Of a DNA stretch of 24,931 bases, positions 8,272 to 15,459 are shown piece by piece. Below the pieces are notes generated by a model. The model was not told the DNA's origin. It saw nothing but the letters and a program-made list of their open reading frames with translations, and searched no databases. A program made the translations under genes and the position numbers. The stretch is from a virus. Taxonomy: Duplodnaviria; Caudoviricetes. Location: IMG/VR virus record IMGVR_UViG_3300017913_002419, positions 1-24,931 of that record; one strand, given 5' to 3'. Position 1 is the first letter of the stretch; each line of letters begins with the position of its first letter.

Positions 8272-8621
8272 TCAATAAACTTTGCTAAATCGGGAGCCTT
8301 CCAGCCCTCTGGTTTCAGTACTTTGCCGTCTTCACGTTTGCGTACCTTACCTGTTTCCGGATCAATCTTAGCAAAGTTTGTATCCATTACTTCTTTCCAT
8401 GCACCTTCGCCGTCAAAGCCAGCAGCACGAATAGCACCCATAGTAACAACAAGGATATCAATCAATGCATCAAGTTGTTCTACTGTGTCTTGGTCGGATA
8501 CTGCTTCTTGTAGTTCTTGGTATTCTTCTGAGATCAGTCCCAAATACATTTCATAGTTTTCGGGAGAAGGTGCTTGGTCACATGCTGTGCCAAAGCGTTC
8601 AATATCTGCAAATGGATTCAT
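8268..8621 (-). CDS. MazG-like / PRA-PH all-alpha NTP pyrophosphohydrolase
   Basis: LISEEYQEL...LDALIDILVV, EVMDTNFAK and RKREDGKVLKPEGW. Confidence 0.85.
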   Translation of the reverse strand: MNPFADIERFGTACDQAPSPENYEMYLGLISEEYQELQEAVSDQDTVEQLDALIDILVVTMGAIRAAGFDGEGAWKEVMDTNFAKIDPETGKVRKREDGKVLKPEGWKAPDLAKFIE

Positions 8622-9304
8622 CGTGGTGCAAACTCCTGTTGTAATTTGATGTTGTCAAAAAATTCTTTCTTTGTACTAGGATCAGTGCTGAATGCACCAC
8701 GCAGTACAGTTGTTTGTGTCAGACTGCTGTGTGCACCAATGCCTCTGTTTTCGCAGCAACCATGTGTTGCTTGTACATATACACCAAGGCTTTCTGCACC
8801 TGTTGCTTTTTGAATTTCATCTGCAATAACAATGTTCAATTCTTCTTGTAGTGTACCTCGACGTGCACACCACTGTGCAATACGTGTATACTTTGATAGT
8901 CCAATCAATTTATCTGCTGCAAGAATGCCAATGTATGCTACACCATTTACTGGTTGGTGATGATGCGAGCACATGCTTTTTAGTTCGCTGCGCACAACCA
9001 ACATACCATCATAACGATCTTCACTGTCATTTGGAAATGCTGTTGCATTAGGAATAGGATCATAGCGACCTGCCATGATTTCATTGAAGTACATTTTAGC
9101 AAGACGTCTTGCTGTACCTGTACTGTTTGGATCGGTGTGTCGATCAATCAACAGTGCGTCAAGTACGCCTTCGAATGCTTGTGTGGCATCATCGATGAGT
9201 GCTTCTTTATCACCGTTTTGCAACACCTCACTGATGTTGTCGCCTGCCCAATAGCGAATGCCCGAGTCTTTCAGGCGAGCTAGAATTTGTTGTGATTTAC
9301 CCAA
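8618..9304 (-). CDS. folE: GTP cyclohydrolase I
   Basis: T..RLAKMY, SMCSHH, GLSKYTR, LQEEL and HGCCENRG; TTG start with GGAG SD. Confidence 0.96.
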   Translation of the reverse strand: MGKSQQILARLKDSGIRYWAGDNISEVLQNGDKEALIDDATQAFEGVLDALLIDRHTDPNSTGTARRLAKMYFNEIMAGRYDPIPNATAFPNDSEDRYDGMLVVRSELKSMCSHHHQPVNGVAYIGILAADKLIGLSKYTRIAQWCARRGTLQEELNIVIADEIQKATGAESLGVYVQATHGCCENRGIGAHSSLTQTTVLRGAFSTDPSTKKEFFDNIKLQQEFAPR

Positions 9305-9311
9305 TATATTT

Positions 9312-9337
9312 CTCCGAGTTATAGACGGGGATGTCTA
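9312..9337 (-). promoter_or_regulatory. hairpin / candidate mini-pseudoknot in the folE leader
   Basis: UAGAC-AUCCCC-GUCUA stem-loop followed by UAACUC-GGAG (SD); loop UCC is complementary to GGA. Confidence 0.4.
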
Positions 9338-10303
9338 AGCTTCTTGCTTATAGTACCAATTATACGCAGAATAGACTATCTTGTCTAGTCCTTTTTTTGG
9401 TTCCCAATTCAGCAATTGTTTTGCACGATCTATGTTTGCAACAAGGCGTGCTGGATCTCCTGCACGTCTCTCTGCGTGTGTTGCTTCTATATTTAGATCT
9501 GTTTGTGTATTTACTGCTGAAATAATTTGTTTGACGCTGTTGCCTACGCCACTGCCCAAGTTTATTCTTGTGCATATGCTGTTGTTTTCCAGATACTGTA
9601 ATGCTGCTACATGAGCATTTGCAATATCGCTCACGTGTACATAGTCACGTATAGCAGTACCATCTGGTGTATCATAGTCAGTTCCAAAGATAGTAAACTC
9701 TTTGCTTTCCATAATACGTGCGATTAGATGTGTTGCTTGTTTTTGCTGTCCTAGTCCGTGTGCACTTCCTGCAACGTTGAAGTAGCGGAAACTGATACTG
9801 TCAATTCCATATGCTGTGTGGTAGTCCTGTAGCATAATCTCAGTCATGCGCTTGCTCCAACCATACGGATTGCAAGGCGTCTCGCCTGAGTCTTCCACAC
9901 ATTCCCCAGTGGCCTCGCCGTATGTTGCTGCACTGCTGGCAAAAACAATCTTGTTCACTGATTGAATTCTGCATGCATCTAATAGTGCTTTTGTGCCTTC
10001 TACATTGTTTTCATAGTATAGTGCAGGATTAGTTACACTTGGACCAACCAAACTGGTTGCACCGATATGCACTACTGCATCTACATCTTCTTGCAGCAAG
10101 CACTGCTGAACAGAAACACTGTCACTATAATCCAATATATACGGAACAATGTTTTTTCTAGCAACAACAGGATACGGATCAAAAGCATCAGACAGTGTAG
10201 TGTTTCTATCTGCTGCAATGACTTTGTAGCCTCGTAGGGCTAGTTCTGTCACTGTGATGCTACCGATATATCCGCTAGCACCAGTTACCAATATAGTTTT
10301 CAT
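9335..10303 (-). CDS. galE: UDP-glucose 4-epimerase (extended SDR)
   Basis: TGASGYIG, FASSAATYG, YGWSK, FRYFNVAG, DGTAIRDYVHV.D and RRAGDP. Confidence 0.93.
   Translation of the reverse strand: MKTILVTGASGYIGSITVTELALRGYKVIAADRNTTLSDAFDPYPVVARKNIVPYILDYSDSVSVQQCLLQEDVDAVVHIGATSLVGPSVTNPALYYENNVEGTKALLDACRIQSVNKIVFASSAATYGEATGECVEDSGETPCNPYGWSKRMTEIMLQDYHTAYGIDSISFRYFNVAGSAHGLGQQKQATHLIARIMESKEFTIFGTDYDTPDGTAIRDYVHVSDIANAHVAALQYLENNSICTRINLGSGVGNSVKQIISAVNTQTDLNIEATHAERRAGDPARLVANIDRAKQLLNWEPKKGLDKIVYSAYNWYYKQEA
9359..9387 (-). promoter_or_regulatory. sigma70-type promoter TAGACA-N17-TATAAT upstream of folE
   Basis: -35 at 9387-9382, -10 at 9364-9359, inside the 3' end of galE. Confidence 0.65.
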
Positions 10304-10306
10304 AGT

Positions 10307-10801
10307 TTACTTTGCGTTGATAGTTACGTTGATAGGAATACGATCACCTACATTGTAGTAATTGTAGGTGTAGCTGCGTCCACGCACACCATGCCATTCA
10401 TATGTGATGCGATAGTTTTTTATGCTGCGTACACGCTCTGATTTGGTACTTGTGGTACACTGACGTTCTGTTTTGTAACCAGTGATCACTTGTTTTGACT
10501 TTTTCTTGTCTGCTGCAATAATACCGCCAATTACAGCACCTGCTGCTGCACCTTTGTCATTGCCACTTGCACCTTTGCCAAGGATACCGCCAATGATCAT
10601 ACCAGCAAGTACATCACCGCCGCTAGCGCCTTCACCTTGTACAGTACCGTAGATAGGAACTTCTACATTTTGACAAACTGTGGTTGGTGTTTCTTGCCAA
10701 ACATAATGATAGTTGGTTTCCACATTGGTGATACGTGCCCATTCAGTTGCCCATGCAGTGTTTGCAAATGCAAAGACAAAAAGTAATGTTAGTAGTCTCA
10801 T
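10307..10801 (-). CDS. secreted glycine-zipper 2TM (YcfJ-like) protein
   Basis: Signal peptide (…ANTAWA), C...GMIIGGILG...GAAAGAVIGG...C. Confidence 0.8.
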   Translation of the reverse strand: MRLLTLLFVFAFANTAWATEWARITNVETNYHYVWQETPTTVCQNVEVPIYGTVQGEGASGGDVLAGMIIGGILGKGASGNDKGAAAGAVIGGIIAADKKKSKQVITGYKTERQCTTSTKSERVRSIKNYRITYEWHGVRGRSYTYNYYNVGDRIPINVTINAK

Positions 10802-10845
10802 TGAATTCTCCTCTTGTGAATCAATATTCAGTGGTTGGTAGTTCG

Positions 10846-11094
10846 TTATTCGTCTAAAAGTTCTTTTTTGCGTTTTTCGATCGCTGCTTGCTTTTGTGCT
10901 TCAGCTTCGATAGTTTCAGCTTCTTTGTCGGCTTTTGCAGTGCCATCACGCCCCATAATCAGCAAAATGATTGCTGTGATCAAAGGTGAAATAAGCAATG
11001 CAATCACAAACCAAAGCAATCCATTGCGTCCCCAGTTACTGGCCCAATAGCCAACTAGTGCTGCAAAAATTAATGCAAAAATAATAATATCCAT
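10846..11094 (-). CDS. small membrane protein
   Basis: Two hydrophobic segments, 'GR...WF...LL.SPL' and a charged tail. Confidence 0.75.
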   Translation of the reverse strand: MDIIIFALIFAALVGYWASNWGRNGLLWFVIALLISPLITAIILLIMGRDGTAKADKEAETIEAEAQKQAAIEKRKKELLDE

Positions 11095-11131
11095 TAGTAG
11101 TTCCTATTTGCTACATGATTTCTGTAGCGGT

Positions 11132-12061
11132 TTAGTCAGTGTCAGTTCCGCTTGACCATATAAAGTCAAGTGTAGTAGGGAATAGATAGGTATCGCCGTT
11201 AGCATCTGCTACTGAGTTTAATCCTTCTGTAAATCTATAAGGACCAAATCTTGTGAGATCCACAAACATAACAATGGTTTCAGAAGTGCCTACGCCGGTT
11301 TCGTCTTCATATGCCCAACTGTATCCCAGAGGTTGTGCTTCTGCTAATAGTCTTTCGAAAGGGCCGTCGATGTCATAGTAGGCGTTGCTTGTGTCACTAA
11401 TAACTGCTTGGTTCACTGTGTCGTGATCAAATCCAATTAGTGCTATGTTGCTGTTGGTCAGCGGCAAGTCATATGGGAAGTTTGCCTCTCTGCCTGTGCC
11501 ATCACGCCAGTTACCGCCACGCCAGTTTTGCCCAGCGGCGATTAGCTGCGTCCATTCACGGGTAGCATCAGTATCACTTGTCATACTGTTGTTCCATACT
11601 GCTTCATCTAGTCGCATTACCGAACTGGCACCTGTTCCGCTGTCGTGGAATTCACTGTTGCTGTCAAAATAACTATAGGTTTGATCGTAGAACTTGTAAT
11701 ACGATGTTTCGTCCCAAACCAAATCATTACCATCGTCCCAGCAACCTGTTGCGGCTGTGACGGTGAATGTGCTGTCGCCCCCTGTGGCTACATAGGCTTG
11801 AGCATCAAGTACGGCTTTGACACTTTCAGCACTTGCTCCACCTTCTAACAACACCCAACCATAACCTATTGCTTTGCTTGGGAAGCAAGCCCATACTGGT
11901 TGTAGTGCGTCCATTACACTATAACCAAAGTTGTTGGCTTTGGTTTGTGAGTCTACTGCTTGGTCCGTTGTCACATAGAACAGGCTAAACTGCTGTTGTG
12001 TCCATACCCAACTTCCCAGTGGGTTTCCTGCTTGTAGTTTTGTTCTATTTGTGCTTACCAT
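11132..12061 (-). CDS. hypothetical protein, likely late/virion-associated
   Basis: 309-aa ORF rich in T/D/G/W, preceded by a TATAAATA box and GAGGA SD. Confidence 0.7.
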   Translation of the reverse strand: MVSTNRTKLQAGNPLGSWVWTQQQFSLFYVTTDQAVDSQTKANNFGYSVMDALQPVWACFPSKAIGYGWVLLEGGASAESVKAVLDAQAYVATGGDSTFTVTAATGCWDDGNDLVWDETSYYKFYDQTYSYFDSNSEFHDSGTGASSVMRLDEAVWNNSMTSDTDATREWTQLIAAGQNWRGGNWRDGTGREANFPYDLPLTNSNIALIGFDHDTVNQAVISDTSNAYYDIDGPFERLLAEAQPLGYSWAYEDETGVGTSETIVMFVDLTRFGPYRFTEGLNSVADANGDTYLFPTTLDFIWSSGTDTD

Positions 12062-12105
12062 TATTCATATCCTCTTGGGGGTTTGTGATACTTCTGTATT
12101 ATGAA

Positions 12106-12113
12106 TATTTATA
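12106..12113 (-). promoter_or_regulatory. T4-type late promoter TATAAATA
   Basis: Exact gp55-sigma consensus in the intergenic gap, about 45 nt upstream of the ATG at 12061. Confidence 0.75.
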
Positions 12114-12123
12114 AGAATAGCCA

Positions 12124-13299
12124 TTAGTACTTGCTATTTGCCACATGATCTCTGTAACGATTATCGTCACGTCGCCATTGTTCACCATTACCTTGCATGA
12201 TATCAATATAACGATCAATAGTAGCACTAGTCCAATCTGAGATTTTGCCTAAGTCTTTGTGCGGTGCGTCAAGCAATGTTTCTAGTTTATTCATCGCATC
12301 GTCAATGCTCCAAGGAACATACATGCGTGTATGATCATTAGCAAAGATTTCTGGAAAACTGCGATATGCTGGAAACAGTACATTGCATCCTAATGCATCT
12401 GCTTCACTTACAGTGTTGCTTGTCCAATCCTGTAATGCACAGTTGAACAACACACGACTGTCATTGACAATGTTGTAGTAATCATTCTTCTTCAAGTTTT
12501 CATAGATAACAAGTTGTCCACGCTCTTCCATTTTACGTGCACGATTGATGTATTTTTGATTGTTGCTGCGTAATGGACCGCCTTGTACAATACAAAATTC
12601 TACTTCTGGTGTACCTGGTGTGCCATACCATTCTTCAATCATATCCATGTAAAAGTCTGGTTGCTTTTCTTGATCAAACCGTGCGGCAAATACAACACGA
12701 TTTGCACGTTCTTCCCAAGGCTTGAGTTCACCGACACGTAGCTGAACTTCTGTCTTATCAAAAGCAAGTCCACTGATATTGTAGATGGGCGCTTTCCAGT
12801 TTGCAATCTTCATGTTTGCAACCATTTCTTCATTACTTGCTAATACACCAGTAACAAACTCGTTGCACATTTCTTCATACAAACTCATCCACTTGCCCAT
12901 GCCCCAGACATGCACAAAGTCATCTGGATCTACAGCCTGTGCTAAACAACGAATCCAAACCTGTGGACGTTGCTCAGTGGGAATCTGATCCATAATGTAA
13001 GGCAACGATTCCATACCAGGTTGGAACATGTCTTCAAAGAAGATAACATCTTCACCTGTTACTTCACCATTGCGCATCATTTGCACCAAGTTCATCATTT
13101 GCGACATTGCAAAGTAGGAACGGCCATGTGCATCCAGCACCTGACCTACTTGAATTGCTTTTGTGTTGTCAATAGTTGTGCCAGGCACATTTACCCAGTT
13201 GATGTCTCGCCGCTGAAATGCACGACGAGACCATTCTTCCAGTTGTAGTGTGTACCTGCCTTCATAGGGCTCCAAGCCCATGTAGAACAGTTTGCGCAT
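12124..13299 (-). CDS. GT-B (GT4/group 1-like) glycosyltransferase
   Basis: VFAARFDQEKQP, D-x7-E (QDWTSNTVSEA) followed by ALGC..L.P...SFPE; TAATG-coupled start. Confidence 0.85.
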   Translation of the reverse strand: MRKLFYMGLEPYEGRYTLQLEEWSRRAFQRRDINWVNVPGTTIDNTKAIQVGQVLDAHGRSYFAMSQMMNLVQMMRNGEVTGEDVIFFEDMFQPGMESLPYIMDQIPTEQRPQVWIRCLAQAVDPDDFVHVWGMGKWMSLYEEMCNEFVTGVLASNEEMVANMKIANWKAPIYNISGLAFDKTEVQLRVGELKPWEERANRVVFAARFDQEKQPDFYMDMIEEWYGTPGTPEVEFCIVQGGPLRSNNQKYINRARKMEERGQLVIYENLKKNDYYNIVNDSRVLFNCALQDWTSNTVSEADALGCNVLFPAYRSFPEIFANDHTRMYVPWSIDDAMNKLETLLDAPHKDLGKISDWTSATIDRYIDIMQGNGEQWRRDDNRYRDHVANSKY

Positions 13300-13589
13300 T
13301 ATGCTGCCTTTCGCCAAGGACTCTTGTAGAGCCCTACATGAATTTTCAGCTTTTTAGGACTGCGTTCTGCATGCATACGAACATTTACGTCCAATGTGAT
13401 GCTGTTATCACGTTCAGTACAGTATACGTTTGAATCAAAAATCAAACGTTCGCTTTGCAAATCGTTCAAGTATGCATTGAACAATTTTACCACACGCATA
13501 TGTGATGGCCGATCTGCCAGCACACCGTCGAATGGTTCGATAATTTTCAAGAGATCAAACTTGATGTCCTGAAGAGAAATGCGTTTCAT
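13299..13589 (-). CDS. hypothetical protein
   Basis: ORF with AAGGA SD, coupled to the glycosyltransferase. Confidence 0.7.
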   Translation of the reverse strand: MKRISLQDIKFDLLKIIEPFDGVLADRPSHMRVVKLFNAYLNDLQSERLIFDSNVYCTERDNSITLDVNVRMHAERSPKKLKIHVGLYKSPWRKAA

Positions 13590-13601
13590 CGTATCTTCCT
13601 T

Positions 13602-14321
13602 TTACTGTTGTTTCGCATATTCTAAGAATAGGTTGTATTGGTGAGTCATGTTTTCGTTGTACTTACATTCTAATATACTACATAAATTTTCAATGTCAAG
13701 TGAAAAAATGTCTAATGTTATATCTGCTGGATACCTGCTTGTTCCCCGACGAACTTCTTGCTTTGCAGCCTCATAGTCTGCGTCGGTAACTGTTCGATCA
13801 AAACCCCAATGAAATATAGCTTGCAGTTTCCAAAATGCAATGCTGTCTCGCTCAAGGTAGTCTGCATATGTGTTGTACATATACTTTTTACGATCCGAAT
13901 CATTTTGGTAATGATCATGTATGTGCAAATCAAATGCTTCTTTTACATCATGTATTGTGCGCAATGCATAGTTTTTCCAGTAGTAGTCAAATGTTTGTTC
14001 GGTTTGCAATATGCCTACTTTGAAAGCATCGGTATGCCACCGAGGTGCCTTCCATGCTCCATAACTGATTCCCCATACACCTGGTGTTGGACCTGTGTCC
14101 ATGATTTGGTTCAGTCGATCCAATTGTCGACCAGACTCTTGTATTTCGATCCAAGTGTGTGTCCAGTGTGTATCAAGGTCACTGTGATTATCCCATGGAT
14201 CTAGTTGAGCAGTATCGTATATAAAGTTGCTGCTAAGATAGGTGTCACTGCGTTCCAGTATCCATCCTAGTACCCCAACTTCTGCACCATACTTGCCGTA
14301 CAAGTGTACATTACGAGTCAT
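13602..14321 (-). CDS. hypothetical protein
   Basis: ORF; probable start MTRNVHLY at 14321. Confidence 0.65.
   Translation of the reverse strand: MTRNVHLYGKYGAEVGVLGWILERSDTYLSSNFIYDTAQLDPWDNHSDLDTHWTHTWIEIQESGRQLDRLNQIMDTGPTPGVWGISYGAWKAPRWHTDAFKVGILQTEQTFDYYWKNYALRTIHDVKEAFDLHIHDHYQNDSDRKKYMYNTYADYLERDSIAFWKLQAIFHWGFDRTVTDADYEAAKQEVRRGTSRYPADITLDIFSLDIENLCSILECKYNENMTHQYNLFLEYAKQQ
13672..13699 (-). promoter_or_regulatory. possible sigma70 promoter TTGACA-N16-TATATT
   Basis: -35 at 13699-13694, -10 at 13677-13672, upstream of the 96-aa ORF and glycosyltransferase. Confidence 0.45.
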
Positions 14322-14748
14322 ACTCGATTGTTGCCCCATTTTCGTTGTCTTCACTGACAGTGATTTTCATTTTACGACCAGGGTAACGTGTATTGATTTG
14401 CTCCGCTAGATCATCACAAATCATTTCACAACTCTTATAGTCAAGTTGAATAATATCATCGCCATACAATGATTCTAGCCAGCGTTTGAACTGAATAAAC
14501 TCGATGTCGCGATCATCATGAAACACTTCGATTTCTACACGAAAGTGAAACATGTGTCGATGTGGATAGCCCAAAAAGCTCACATCATACTCGTCACCAG
14601 TAGCAAGTTTTGGATCATCCAATGCTGCTGGATATTTGTGGATACCTTCCTTTTGAAAAGTTACCCAAATCATGCTGTTTGATTTTTTCATTTTAGCATT
14701 CTCTTCTTTTGTACGCCTGAGCATGTACTCATAATAGCGTTCTTGCAT
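14311..14748 (-). CDS. dpdL: QueD-paralog T-fold protein, DpdL-like (candidate CDG decarboxylase)
   Basis: EGIH...LGYPHRHMF (LxxxHRHxF), RDIEF, SCEM and VSEDNENGA; lacks the canonical QueD CxxxHGH. Confidence 0.6.
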   Translation of the reverse strand: MQERYYEYMLRRTKEENAKMKKSNSMIWVTFQKEGIHKYPAALDDPKLATGDEYDVSFLGYPHRHMFHFRVEIEVFHDDRDIEFIQFKRWLESLYGDDIIQLDYKSCEMICDDLAEQINTRYPGRKMKITVSEDNENGATIEYDS

Positions 14749-14942
14749 TATTTGTCGTCGGCTTCGTTTAGAGCCGCAACCAACTGTCCCATACGCTTTT
14801 CAAGGCGCTGCATGGTTTGCAACATTTCCCACAGTTTCCAATCTGCGCTTTTTGCAAGTTCCATATAAGTTGCGGCAGCGTCAGCTGTGTCCATTGCTGC
14901 ATCGTCTTGTGGTTCGTCGATGAGCTTGATCTTCTTAACCAT
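14748..14942 (-). CDS. small hypothetical protein (coiled-coil C-terminus)
   Basis: ORF with AGGAG SD and overlaps on both sides. Confidence 0.7.
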   Translation of the reverse strand: MVKKIKLIDEPQDDAAMDTADAAATYMELAKSADWKLWEMLQTMQRLEKRMGQLVAALNEADDK

Positions 14943-15459
14943 TTGTTTCTCCTATAGTTTCTATTGGTTTGTCTTGTGTGTATTTAGACCAATCAGTGAA
15001 CACCAAACGGTCTTGCAATTTGTGCACACTGTGCACCCATACACCTGGATTGCTTGCATCAAAATCTTTGTCATCTAATTTTATACATGCATTGTATCCA
15101 AGTTGATTGATGTACGGAAGTTTCACACTAATCATACTTATGAAGTTATGATACTCGGTGTATCCGCTTTCTAATATCCATTCGCAGTGTTTTACATCAA
15201 AATCCAGTGTTACCAGTAAGCCCTGTTTGAGCAGTGGCAATACCATTTCGTCCCATTGTTCTGTTGGTTCGTAACTCATATTAGCACCCAAATACACATG
15301 CTCGCATGATTCTTGTTTGACCAACTCGACAATACGATCAGGAGAGTGTACACCTACAACAAAAAGTGTACGCATGCCGTGGGCAGGAGTATGTTCTACT
15401 TCTGTACCCACAAACATGGTTACTGTGTTGCTGGTTCCGTTGTCGTACACTCTATCCAT
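14935..15459 (-). CDS. hypothetical protein translationally coupled to the dpdA-like gene
   Basis: TAATG overlap at 15459; alpha/beta pattern with EVEHTP, HVYLGAN and KLDD.DF. Confidence 0.75.
   Translation of the reverse strand: MDRVYDNGTSNTVTMFVGTEVEHTPAHGMRTLFVVGVHSPDRIVELVKQESCEHVYLGANMSYEPTEQWDEMVLPLLKQGLLVTLDFDVKHCEWILESGYTEYHNFISMISVKLPYINQLGYNACIKLDDKDFDASNPGVWVHSVHKLQDRLVFTDWSKYTQDKPIETIGETNG

Noticed and set aside
9312-9337. Bona fide preQ1-I or THF-II riboswitch
   Set aside because: Loop is too short and I cannot match the consensus nucleotides; kept only as a novel candidate
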